NCBI GenBank assembly: GCA_018828385.1 | Contig: JAHJVE010000009.1 | Location: 36,910-100,909, forward strand | Direction: 5' to 3' | Origin: Gammaproteobacteria bacterium | GTDB taxonomy: Bacteria; Pseudomonadota; Gammaproteobacteria; Burkholderiales; Rhodocyclaceae | Length of the DNA stretch: 64,000 nt | Shown: one piece after another, positions 53,015 to 61,420 of the stretch | Layout of the letters: the number at the start of each line of letters is the position of its first letter | How positions within the stretch are numbered: position 1 is the first letter of the stretch | Made by a program: the position numbers and the translations under genes | The notes under the pieces: model-generated | Told to the model about the DNA's origin: nothing | Databases searched by the model: none | The model's input: the letters and a program-made list of their open reading frames with translations, nothing else

Positions 53015-53629
53015 TCATGGCAAGGACTTAGGGATAGGAATTTCATCCCATGTCAAAACTTCCTCACCGTCGGCTCCCTCGTGGAACTTCAGGTTCTTGA
53101 CCGGGCGCGCTAACAAGAATGGATTGTGCCCACAGGTAATTCGGCCGCCCCACTCAACATCGCCGATTTTGATGTACTGGGCTGGGTATGGGTTGTCGGC
53201 TCTGTGGCGAGCATAGGTAATTTTCTCGTGCAGAGAATATAGGAGATCAACGTAGAGTTGCTCCACATGTTCCAACACTCGGCCGCTTGAGATGCGGTAG
53301 CCCAGAATGGAAACAATTCTCTCGCTCTGCCGCTTTGGAGGAGACGTGCCTTCCCATGTAACAAGCCACGCGGCACCGAGCTTTCGTTTCGGGAATGGAT
53401 TCGGCTGGAAGCGCTTAATCTTCTCAACCTGCTCTTCAATAAATTCTTTCGTCACCCCTTGTTGTTTCAACCATCGCCTTGCTTCCCGGACGACAGCATT
53501 GAACGTAGCGCCCTCACGGAGCGCTAGATGAAGCATTTTTTCAGCGCGCGTGTGATCCTTCGGGTGACTCCCGAACGTTGCAGTCATGCCAGCAAAGCAG
53601 CCAGGAACTTTATCTTTCCAAGTGACCAT
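53015..53629 (-). CDS. Orphan protein in integron cassette (204 aa)
   Basis: Starts 15 nt after the GTTGGGC core site; lower GC; no promoter space. Confidence 0.75.
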   Translation of the reverse strand: MVTWKDKVPGCFAGMTATFGSHPKDHTRAEKMLHLALREGATFNAVVREARRWLKQQGVTKEFIEEQVEKIKRFQPNPFPKRKLGAAWLVTWEGTSPPKRQSERIVSILGYRISSGRVLEHVEQLYVDLLYSLHEKITYARHRADNPYPAQYIKIGDVEWGGRITCGHNPFLLARPVKNLKFHEGADGEEVLTWDEIPIPKSLP

Positions 53630-53638
53630 GATTAAGAC

Positions 53639-53704
53639 GCCCAACGTGGAGCTAAGCTGACTGCGCGGCTTTTCGCGCAGGTCCGATTGAGCGCTTCGTT
53701 ATGC
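53639..53704 (-). mobile_element. Integron attC recombination site (66 bp)
   Basis: Minus strand GCATAAC-5nt-GCTCAATC...CTGCGCG-AAAAGC-CGCGCAG...GCTTAGC-5nt-GTTGGGC: R, L boxes, extra-helical C, central hairpin. Confidence 0.85.
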
Positions 53705-54203
53705 GCTTTGTTTCAGTGGATTTTTCAGATGCGACAGCCTCAGGGTGTTCTGCTCGATTGCATGCACCAGCGAGATGGCCGCAAATTGATGCAATAACTT
53801 TACCTAACAGAACTGCGTCGTCAAATTTTGCGGATCGCTTCATAGACGTAAATGACTTACCGAGCGGACTACCAATCTTCGTTATGTCACTTTCAGTGAT
53901 TGTTTTGTTCAACTCATGTGCGCATAAATTGCGAAGTTTATTAAGGTTGCGGAGGGCTGAAATGATTGAGTCTGGAATGAAATCGAGCGATTCGATAAGA
54001 ACAAGTTTTTGGTGATAAGTGAGGTTCCCGTTTTCGATAATCTTGTCACCTCGTGGGAGTTTTACGATTAAGAGACGCTCCAACAAGTTTTCCGAAAATA
54101 AGTGCGCCCTTAAAACGCGCATTGTTGGATCGCTTTCCGCACCAATTACTTTCTCAAACCGTTCAAACTCTTTCTGTTTGGCAATTTTCTCGAATTCATC
54201 CAT
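53652..54203 (-). CDS. HEPN/MtlR-like protein in integron cassette (183 aa)
   Basis: VLRAHLFSENLL...LNKLRNLCAH (RX4H motif); reads into attC; low GC. Confidence 0.7.
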   Translation of the reverse strand: MDEFEKIAKQKEFERFEKVIGAESDPTMRVLRAHLFSENLLERLLIVKLPRGDKIIENGNLTYHQKLVLIESLDFIPDSIISALRNLNKLRNLCAHELNKTITESDITKIGSPLGKSFTSMKRSAKFDDAVLLGKVIASICGHLAGACNRAEHPEAVASEKSTETKRITKRSIGPARKAAQSA

Positions 54204-54227
54204 TTGTAGTGCTCGGTGATTTATGGG

Positions 54228-54268
54228 GCATAACGTTGAAAATAACCGGCGCCGCGCCGGAAAGGTTG
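54228..54268 (-). mobile_element. Truncated attC (L boxes and R' core retained, outer box lost)
   Basis: Minus strand CTCAACC...GGTTATT-TTCAAC-GTTATGC; GTTATGC is the exact complement of the cassette's GCATAAC box. Confidence 0.7.
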
Positions 54269-54280
54269 AGAAAACGACGG

Positions 54281-54412
54281 GAATAAAGGGGGACAGACCA
54301 CGGTTTCTGCGTCTTTCGAAAATCGGAAATCGTGGTCTGTCCCTTATTGTTCGCTTCTTATTGTTCGCTTATTGTTCGCGCGAAAATTAGAAATCGTGGT
54401 TTTCACCATATT
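54281..54412. repeat. GGGACAGACCACGG-family repeat, copy B: hairpin, 3x TTATTGTTCGC and a degenerate inverted copy
   Basis: 54281-54315 direct copy; AAATCGTGGTCTGTCCCTTATT inverted at 54327-54348; 11-mers at 54344, 54358, 54369; AAATCGTGGTTTTCACC at 54391. Confidence 0.85.
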
Positions 54413-54435
54413 TTGTTGGGGTTTTGAGCAACCTG

Positions 54436-54882
54436 TCAATCATCGCTATACAGTTCGTATCTTCCGGTCATTATGTTTTCCTTTGCTTGGTCTATCCGAT
54501 CCTGGTATATAACCAAAACTGAATTGTCGGAAAGGTTTCTCAGGGCCGCAGCAAAGAAATAATTCTGATTCGCCTCGAACTCGACAGGGAGGTATATGGG
54601 GAATATTCCACCATGAAGCTTGTATTCGTAATGGCCAGGCGGCACTTCAAGATAACCATATTCACCGGTATTCAAAGAGATTTTGGGTTGTCCCTTGATT
54701 TCAAAATTAACATCTGATGCAGCACCGATGATGCCGGTTTTTAATTGGTAAACATAAATTCCTGCCATCCCATCATTCGGCTTCCGGAAATTTGAGATCG
54801 TATCTAAATTTAAATCTCTGTATGGCGTTACCGTACAACCCGTTACGGTAAGCAAGCTTAATATAATTAATAAAAATTTCAT
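54436..54882 (-). CDS. Low-GC lipoprotein (DUF2846-like)
   Basis: Lipobox VTGC; GIYVY, LNTGEYGYLEVPPGHY; DUF call is inference. Confidence 0.7.
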   Translation of the reverse strand: MKFLLIILSLLTVTGCTVTPYRDLNLDTISNFRKPNDGMAGIYVYQLKTGIIGAASDVNFEIKGQPKISLNTGEYGYLEVPPGHYEYKLHGGIFPIYLPVEFEANQNYFFAAALRNLSDNSVLVIYQDRIDQAKENIMTGRYELYSDD

Positions 54883-54896
54883 TTAGTATTTCTGAT

Positions 54897-54926
54897 ATGA
54901 ATAATTGGGACAAACCACGGTTTCTG
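54897..54926 (+). repeat. GGGACAGACCACGG-family repeat, copy C
   Basis: ATGAATAATTGGGACAAACCACGGTTTCTG. Confidence 0.75.
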
Positions 54927-55030
54927 TCCGTGGAATTCTCGGGCGACAAGCCGGACAGTATGAATTTTTGGCCCGGATTGCAAATGGCATTTGTCGCGCA
55001 GCTTTTGGCCTTGCTTGAACGGCCCGGCTG

Positions 55031-55067
55031 GATTTCATTTTTGGCTGTTTTTTCCGGTTGACCGTAG
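55031..55067 (+). repeat. Dispersed TTGACCGT motif (intergenic)
   Basis: GATTTCATTTTTGGCTGTTTTTTCCGGTTGACCGTAG. Confidence 0.9.
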
Positions 55068-55074
55068 CACTGCG

Positions 55075-55953
55075 TCAGCCCGCGTCGCCGAGCCGGCTTT
55101 CAAGCTGTTCGTATTCGGAAATGACCTGGGCGCCTAGGAGGAGCAGGGTTGCGGCGAGTTCGATGCTGAACAGGACGACGACGGCGGTGGTGAGCGAGCC
55201 GTAGACGATGCTGGCGCTGGACAGGGTGGCGAAGTACCAGACGAGTATGTGGCGGACGATTTCCCAGATCAGGGTGATGACGGCGGCGCCGAGCAGGGCG
55301 TGGCGAAGGCGGGTGCGGCCGACGGGGAGGACGCTGTAGAAGAGGGTGAGGATGAGGATTTCGCCGGCCAGCCCGATGCCGTAGAAGGCCGGGCCGGAGA
55401 GGCGGCGCAGCGACCATTCGGCGCCGAACAGGGTGATGCTTTCCTGGGTCAGGCTGTGGATGGTGACGGAGAGCACGGTGATGCCGAAGAGGGCGATGCC
55501 GGCCAGCAGGAGCAGGCTGTAGGGAAGCAGCGCGGCGACCACGGCATGCCGTTTCACCGTGGCGTGGCGGTGGGCGAAGATTTGCGCCATGGCTTTTTGC
55601 AGGATGGAGAAGGTCAGCGAGCTGAAGAAGACGAGGGTGCCGAGGAGGACGACGCCGATCGAGACGCCGTTGTCGATGAAGCCGGAGACGTCGGCGAGGA
55701 CGGCGGCGGCCTGGCTGGGGACCAGCCATTCGAGGTAGCGCTGCAGGGTGGCGAGGAGTTCGGCCTGGTCGACCCAGTGCGACAGCCAGAGGACGAGCAG
55801 GATGATCATCGGCAGCAGGGAGAGCAGGGCGTAGTAGGCGACGGCGCCGGCGAGCAGGAGGCCCTGGTTTTTGCGGAAATTGCGCAGGACGGTGAGGGCG
55901 AAGTCGAGGGGGTGGAAGATCAGTTGCTGATCGGTTTTGGAGATGAGGGACAT
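55075..55953 (-). CDS. YihY/virulence factor BrkB family membrane protein
   Basis: AGAVAYYALLSLLP, IYGSL, LLLLGAQ. Confidence 0.88.
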   Translation of the reverse strand: MSLISKTDQQLIFHPLDFALTVLRNFRKNQGLLLAGAVAYYALLSLLPMIILLVLWLSHWVDQAELLATLQRYLEWLVPSQAAAVLADVSGFIDNGVSIGVVLLGTLVFFSSLTFSILQKAMAQIFAHRHATVKRHAVVAALLPYSLLLLAGIALFGITVLSVTIHSLTQESITLFGAEWSLRRLSGPAFYGIGLAGEILILTLFYSVLPVGRTRLRHALLGAAVITLIWEIVRHILVWYFATLSSASIVYGSLTTAVVVLFSIELAATLLLLGAQVISEYEQLESRLGDAG

Positions 55954-56112
55954 GGGCGCTTGAGGAGAATGCGGTGGGAGCCTTGGGCGAATGACGGGTA
56001 GTTATAACCCGGGCGGCGGGCGCTGGCAGCAACAATTTTGCTTTTCCCGGCGCGCGTGCCCGGCCTGGCGCAAACCGCTACACTGCCTGCTCCCGGCTCT
56101 TTTGAATCAATC

Positions 56113-56727
56113 ATGGAAAACCTGCTTTACTGGATCGCCCTTGCTGCGGTTGCCGTCAGCGCCTTGACTGGCGTGCTCGATGCCGGGCGCAAGCGCATGG
56201 ATCTGGTCGGCGTCGTCATGGTCGGCATGGCGACGGCCCTGGGTGGCGGCACCGTGCGCGATGTGTTGCTCGACCGCCCGGTGTTCTGGATCAGCGATCA
56301 GAGTTATCTGCTTGTCGCTTTCGCCACCACTTTCCTGGTTTTCTTCGCGGTGCGCGGGCTGCGCTTGCCGCCGCGCCTGTTCCTGATTCCCGATGCCATC
56401 GGGCTGGCGCTGTTTGCCATCACCGGCACCCAGGTGGCGCTCGATCTACAGGCGCCGTGGCTGGTGGCCAGCCTGCTCGGGGTAACGACCGGGGTTGTCG
56501 GCGGGGTCTTGCGCGATGTGTTGTGCAATGAAGTGCCGCTTATCTTCGTGCCTGGCGAACTCTATGCGTCGGCCGCCTGGGCCGGGGCGCTGACGCTGAT
56601 CGGCTTGCAGGCGCTGGGCTTGTCGCCGGTGGTCGCGGCCTGGAGCGGGATGGCCGTGGTGCTCGCCCTGCGCTGGATCGGCATCGCTTTCGCCATCCGC
56701 CTGCCGACTTATTCTGAGCGGGAATAA
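56113..56727 (+). CDS. TRIC/UPF0126 (YadS-like) membrane protein
   Basis: TALGGGTVRDVLL, DAIGLALF, GGVLRDVLCNEVP, GELYA. Confidence 0.9.
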   Translation: MENLLYWIALAAVAVSALTGVLDAGRKRMDLVGVVMVGMATALGGGTVRDVLLDRPVFWISDQSYLLVAFATTFLVFFAVRGLRLPPRLFLIPDAIGLALFAITGTQVALDLQAPWLVASLLGVTTGVVGGVLRDVLCNEVPLIFVPGELYASAAWAGALTLIGLQALGLSPVVAAWSGMAVVLALRWIGIAFAIRLPTYSERE

Positions 56728-56825
56728 GGCAGAGGGCGGCGATCTGGCTGCTCCCCCTTTATGTCCGGCAAGGACGGTATCCACCGGGGCAAAGGGCCGG
56801 GGATGGTTTTTGGTGTTTGCCAAAC

Positions 56826-56862
56826 CATTTCATTTTTGGCCGTTTTTTCCGGTTGACCGTAG
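56826..56862 (+). repeat. Dispersed TTGACCGT motif (intergenic)
   Basis: CATTTCATTTTTGGCCGTTTTTTCCGGTTGACCGTAG. Confidence 0.9.
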
Positions 56863-56870
56863 CAATCACC

Positions 56871-58112
56871 CTAGCGGCTGCCGCCCTTCCAGTTCGCCAC
56901 GCAGTTTTGCCGGAAGTACTTCAAGGCGCGGTCCATGTGGCTGTCCGGCATTTGCGGATCGTTGTCGGCGAGATGGATTTCGGCGTCCGGCTGTAAATCC
57001 TGCGACCACATCAATTTGAGGTCTTCGCGCTGCTCGAAAGGGGCGTGTTCATCGATAAAGGCGAGTACCGCCTTGCTGTCGAAACCCTGTTTGCGGAAGG
57101 TGGCGATAATGCTCTTTGCCTCCTTGAGCAGGGCGGCGGCCTTCGGCGGATGGCCGGTGGCGACGCTGAGGAAAATGGTGGCCAGCACGGACGGGTCGTC
57201 GGCGTCGCCTTTGGTGATGCGTACCCATTCCTTGGCAACGAGCCGGTCGTAGGCGACGACGTCTTCTTCCGGCTGGTCGCGGACGAAAAAGGCACCCTGG
57301 GCTTCGGCGTGGAGAATTTCGTCGGGCGATTTTTCCAGCGACTTGAGGCGTGGCAGGGCGTCATCGATGAAGTCCTGCATGGCCTGCCGGGTCATTTCCG
57401 CGAACGCTGTCGGCGCCTCGCGCAGGAAGGCATCGACGGTGGCCGGCTTGGGCTTGAAGCTTTTCTTGCGCAGCGCCTCGATCAACTGGACGAACTCGCG
57501 TTTCGACGGCATCCCCGGCGTTTTGGCGCCGACGTAGAGGAGCAGCATGGCCGAGCGGATGACTTCCTCGGCGCTGTAGTCTTCGCACTCTTCCGGCCGG
57601 GTATTCAGTTGCCGGGCCAGCCAGCGGGCGAAGTCGATGCGCATCTGGTTGGCCTGGCACTGCGCGACCTGCGCCCGGTAGCTGGCGACGCTGAGCGGGA
57701 AGGCAAAGCTGCGCTCGTTGACGAAGATTTTCTGCCCCGGCGCGTCCACTTTGCGCGCGTGCAGGCTGGTTTCGCCGGGCATGGCGTGCAGGCGCTTGAG
57801 CATTTCGGAGCCGCCGCGCGAATGCGAGAGCAGCGTGTTGTCGCGCAAGGACATGGCGGCAGCACGCAAGTCACCGTTCGAGAAGTCTTCGAGATAGAGG
57901 CTGATCAGGTTGGCCATGCGCGTCACGGCGCTTTCGAGATCGGTGCGCAGATAGGCGGTGCCGAAATGGTCGGCAATCTGGACGATGCCCTTGGGCGCAT
58001 CGGCTTCGATGCGGGCCATCGTTTCACGCGTCAGAATGCCGTGCTCCAGCCCGAAGCGGACGGCTTTCTCGAAAAATGGGCGGTCGTCGACGACCGCAAC
58101 GGATTTGTTCAT
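56871..58112 (-). CDS. atcC: AtcC-like protein (last gene of J-domain operon); alternative start 58121
   Basis: Fourth gene of a tightly linked operon led by an AtcJ-type protein; assignment by gene order. Confidence 0.6.
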   Translation of the reverse strand: MNKSVAVVDDRPFFEKAVRFGLEHGILTRETMARIEADAPKGIVQIADHFGTAYLRTDLESAVTRMANLISLYLEDFSNGDLRAAAMSLRDNTLLSHSRGGSEMLKRLHAMPGETSLHARKVDAPGQKIFVNERSFAFPLSVASYRAQVAQCQANQMRIDFARWLARQLNTRPEECEDYSAEEVIRSAMLLLYVGAKTPGMPSKREFVQLIEALRKKSFKPKPATVDAFLREAPTAFAEMTRQAMQDFIDDALPRLKSLEKSPDEILHAEAQGAFFVRDQPEEDVVAYDRLVAKEWVRITKGDADDPSVLATIFLSVATGHPPKAAALLKEAKSIIATFRKQGFDSKAVLAFIDEHAPFEQREDLKLMWSQDLQPDAEIHLADNDPQMPDSHMDRALKYFRQNCVANWKGGSR

Positions 58113-58123
58113 TGCCGCCATCC

Positions 58124-58885
58124 TTAGAGCGCCGATTCCTCGTCATCCACTACCGCAACCGGGGCGGATTTCGGCTTGCTGTCTTCCGCTTCGCCTTCCT
58201 CCAGCACTTCGACGCGGTGCTGCAGGCGGTCGCGCAGGGTGATGACGATCTGCTCGAAAATGTCCGACAGCTCGTAGCGCAGCACCCATGCGGTTTCTTG
58301 CCAGTCGTGGTCGGCGATTTGCGAGCGCGGCACCTTGGGGCGCGAGCCGGCGATGGAGTTGCCTTCATGCAGCGCTTCGTCAAGTTCTTCGATCTTTTCG
58401 TTGAGCCACGAGATCGACTTCGATTCATGACCGTGCTCGGCGTCAAAATCCTCGGAGAAGACGCCGGAAATGGCGAAGGCGAGAAACTCGTTGTCGCGCT
58501 CGGCGAAATAATTGGCCAGCACTTCGTAGCCGCCTTCGATCTCGCCGATCGCTTCAAGGTACTCGGCGGCCATCTCTTCATCGCGGTAGAGCACGGCGTT
58601 CATCATGCCGTGCAGGGCGGCGTGCGTCTGGTCGCGGTAACGCGTTTCAAGAATGACGGCGCGGGCGAACTGCTCGGGCGTAACGAGCATATTGACGACC
58701 GACTGCTTGGAACCATCGAAGCCGCGCATGACGGCCAGCAAATCCTTCGGCGCGATATCGTTCATGACCTCGATCAGGGCGTAATCGCCCTCGCTGTCGG
58801 CAATGTTGGCCAGCGCCTTTTCGGCGCCCTTGAGGTCGCCGGCCAGGATCAGCTGGGATGTTTTCAGTACAACGGGATGCGTCAT
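58124..58885 (-). CDS. atcB: AtcB-like protein
   Basis: Third gene of the operon, acidic; assignment by gene order. Confidence 0.6.
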   Translation of the reverse strand: MTHPVVLKTSQLILAGDLKGAEKALANIADSEGDYALIEVMNDIAPKDLLAVMRGFDGSKQSVVNMLVTPEQFARAVILETRYRDQTHAALHGMMNAVLYRDEEMAAEYLEAIGEIEGGYEVLANYFAERDNEFLAFAISGVFSEDFDAEHGHESKSISWLNEKIEELDEALHEGNSIAGSRPKVPRSQIADHDWQETAWVLRYELSDIFEQIVITLRDRLQHRVEVLEEGEAEDSKPKSAPVAVVDDEESAL

Positions 58886-58926
58886 GTCTTGCCTTATCAA
58901 ATAGATCGTGTTTTTGCGGGCCTGGA

Positions 58927-59478
58927 TCAGGACTTGAGCGAATCGAAGCCCTGCTCGCCCAGCCAGTCATCGCCGGCTTCGGCCAGGTCGCGATCACTGT
59001 CATCGTCGCCGCGACCGTCATCGTCGTCGCTGCGCTCGCGGTCCGCATCCTCGTTATCTTCGGCCGCGGCCGGCGGTGCGCTGTGGTCGAATTTGCGGAT
59101 GAATTCCAGGCTGGCGGCCGTCACCATGAATTCCTCACCGGCCCGCTCCGCCAGCACGGCGGCGAGATACGGCCCGGCCCACTCGGCCACCGTGACGAGC
59201 GGGGAAACATGATCCCAGGCCGGAAAATCGCCGTCATCCGGCTCACAGTCGACCACCGCCGCCATTGCCTTCGGATTGGCGAAGGAAAATGCGTCGTAGA
59301 ACACTGGCGCGACCATTTCCGGAGCAAATTCGATCATCGGCAGGATGGAGGCCAGTTCCTGACGCTTTTCCTTAAGTCGGGCCTTGAGCGCTGACTTGCC
59401 TTCTGAATCGTTGAGCAAATCTTGAATTTCAGCGTCGTAAGAGGACGACAGTTCGGCAAAGTAATAAGATTTTTTCAC
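58927..59478 (-). CDS. atcA: AtcA-like protein with acidic tail
   Basis: 4-nt overlap with the J-domain gene; assignment by gene order. Confidence 0.6.
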   Translation of the reverse strand: MKKSYYFAELSSSYDAEIQDLLNDSEGKSALKARLKEKRQELASILPMIEFAPEMVAPVFYDAFSFANPKAMAAVVDCEPDDGDFPAWDHVSPLVTVAEWAGPYLAAVLAERAGEEFMVTAASLEFIRKFDHSAPPAAAEDNEDADRERSDDDDGRGDDDSDRDLAEAGDDWLGEQGFDSLKS

Positions 59479-59753
59479 TGCTGCATTTTTCCTAAATGGC
59501 TGGACCAGATTTCGCGCGCTACGGCCAGGGGGTCATCGATCAGGCTGGAGCGCCGCGTCTCGTCATAAACCTTGCGGCGATCACCATCCGCCAGCACTTC
59601 GTAGGCCTCCTGCACCTCACGGAACTTGGCCGCCGCATCGGGCGCCGGGTTGCGGTCAGGGTGAAACTGTGCCGCCTTCTTGCGGTACGCCGTCTTGATC
59701 AGCTCGGTGGTCACATCGGGCGGAACGCCAAGCAATCCGTAATAGTCTTTCAT
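59475..59753 (-). CDS. atcJ: Short class C J-domain co-chaperone (AtcJ-like, 92 aa)
   Basis: DYY.LLGV, HPD motif, C-terminal PLAVAREIW = PX7W motif of AtcJ. Confidence 0.82.
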   Translation of the reverse strand: MKDYYGLLGVPPDVTTELIKTAYRKKAAQFHPDRNPAPDAAAKFREVQEAYEVLADGDRRKVYDETRRSSLIDDPLAVAREIWSSHLGKMQQ

Positions 59754-59848
59754 AGTCCCTTTGTCAGTGGTCTGGCCGGCACATTCGAGCCTTGGTTAGC
59801 CCGCCATTTTACGCCACTCCACCAGTTCCCCCGCTTTCCCTGCATCTG

Positions 59849-59885
59849 CCACGGTCAACGGCTTTTTTGCCCGAAAATCGTTTTG
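59849..59885 (-). repeat. Dispersed TTGACCGT motif, shortened spacing (intergenic)
   Basis: Reverse complement GATTTTCGGGCAAAAAAGCCGTTGACCGTGG. Confidence 0.6.
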
Positions 59886-59910
59886 CCTGGACCGCGCCAA
59901 ATGCTCAGCA

Positions 59911-59930
59911 ATAGCTTATGTGTCGAATAA
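59911..59930. promoter_or_regulatory. Putative CbbR operator upstream of cbbM
   Basis: ATAGCTTAT (also at 51508) and TTAT-N7-ATAA at 59916-59930. Confidence 0.65.
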
Positions 59931-60015
59931 AAACACGTGACTATTATTTATCAATGGCCGCGCCTAGCATTCAATCCATAGTTTTTCCCCGACGAATGAC
60001 CCAGGAGACAAGACG

Positions 60016-61395
60016 ATGGACCAGTCAAAACGCTACGCCGACCTCAGCCTCACCGAAGCCGAACTGATTGCCGGCGGTCAGCACATTCTGTGCGCTTACC
60101 GGATGAAGCCCAAGGCCGGGCACGGCTACCTCGAAGCGGCCGCACACTTCGCCGCCGAATCGTCGACCGGCACCAACGTCGAGGTGTGTACCACCGATGA
60201 ATTCACCAAGGGCGTCGATGCGCTGGTCTATCACATCGACGAGGCCAGCGAGGACATGCGCATCGCCTACCCGCTCGACCTCTTCGACCGCAATATCACC
60301 GACGGCCGCATGATGATGGTCTCCTTCCTGACCCTGACCATCGGCAACAACCAGGGCATGGGCGACATCGAGCACGCCAAGATGGTCGATTTTTACGTGC
60401 CGCGCCGCGCCATCGAACTGTTCGACGGCCCGAGCCGGGGCATCGCCGATCTCTGGCGCACGCTCGGCCGGCCGGTCGTCGATGGCGGTTATATTTCCGG
60501 CACGATCATCAAGCCCAAGCTCGGCCTGCGCCCCGAACCCTTCGCCCGCGCCGCCTACGAATTCTGGCTGGGCGGCGATTTCATCAAGAACGACGAGCCG
60601 CAGGGCAACCAGCCCTTCGCGCCGATGAAGCAAACCATTCCGCTGGTCTACGACGCGATGAAGCGGGCCATGGACGAAACTGGCGAGGCCAAGCTGTTCT
60701 CGGCCAACATCACGGCCGACGACCACCACGAAATGGTGGCGCGCGGCGAATTCATCCTCGAAACCTTCGGGCCGGACGCCGACAAGGTGGCCTTCCTGGT
60801 CGACGGCTACGTCGGCGGTCCGGGCATGATTACCACCGCCCGTCGCCACTTCGCCAACCAGTTCCTGCACTACCACCGGGCCGGCCACGGGGCGATCACC
60901 TCGCCGTCGGCCAAGCGCGGCTACACCGCCTACGTGCTGGCCAAGATGAGCCGCCTGCAAGGCGCCTCCGGCATCCACGTCGGCACCATGGGCTACGGCA
61001 AGATGGAAGGCGACAAGGACGACCGCGCCGCCGCCTACATCATCGAGCGCGACAGCTACCAGGGGCCGGTCTACCCGCAGGAGTGGTACGGCATGAAACC
61101 GACCGTGCCGATCATCTCCGGCGGCATGAACGCCCTGCGCCTGCCCGGCTTCTTCGACAATCTGGGTCACGGCAACGTCATCAACACGGCTGGCGGCGGC
61201 GCCTACGGCCACATCGACAGCCCGGCTGCCGGGGCGCGGTCGCTGCGGCAGGCCTACGACTGCTGGAAAGCCGGCGCCGACCCGGTCGAGTGGGCGCGCG
61301 ACCACTTCGAATTCGCCCGGGCGTTCGAGTCGTTTCCGCAGGATGCGGAGCTGCTTTATCCGGGGTGGCGGCAGAAGCTGCGGTTGGCGGCTTAA
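60016..61395 (+). CDS. cbbM: RuBisCO form II
   Basis: [47 protein letters not shown]. Confidence 0.97.
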   Translation: MDQSKRYADLSLTEAELIAGGQHILCAYRMKPKAGHGYLEAAAHFAAESSTGTNVEVCTTDEFTKGVDALVYHIDEASEDMRIAYPLDLFDRNITDGRMMMVSFLTLTIGNNQGMGDIEHAKMVDFYVPRRAIELFDGPSRGIADLWRTLGRPVVDGGYISGTIIKPKLGLRPEPFARAAYEFWLGGDFIKNDEPQGNQPFAPMKQTIPLVYDAMKRAMDETGEAKLFSANITADDHHEMVARGEFILETFGPDADKVAFLVDGYVGGPGMITTARRHFANQFLHYHRAGHGAITSPSAKRGYTAYVLAKMSRLQGASGIHVGTMGYGKMEGDKDDRAAAYIIERDSYQGPVYPQEWYGMKPTVPIISGGMNALRLPGFFDNLGHGNVINTAGGGAYGHIDSPAAGARSLRQAYDCWKAGADPVEWARDHFEFARAFESFPQDAELLYPGWRQKLRLAA

Positions 61396-61420
61396 GGCTG
61401 GGGGGGCTTTCCCGGCCTCG

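Noticed and set aside
54412-54436. Possible attC after the lipoprotein gene (CCCCAAC on the minus strand)
   Set aside because: No matching L boxes or GTTRRRY partner, and the gene does not start at a core site.
52975-54926. Possible CRISPR array from the recurring 35-bp repeat
   Set aside because: Spacing is 0.6-1.3 kb with whole genes between copies, orientations are mixed, and no cas genes are present.
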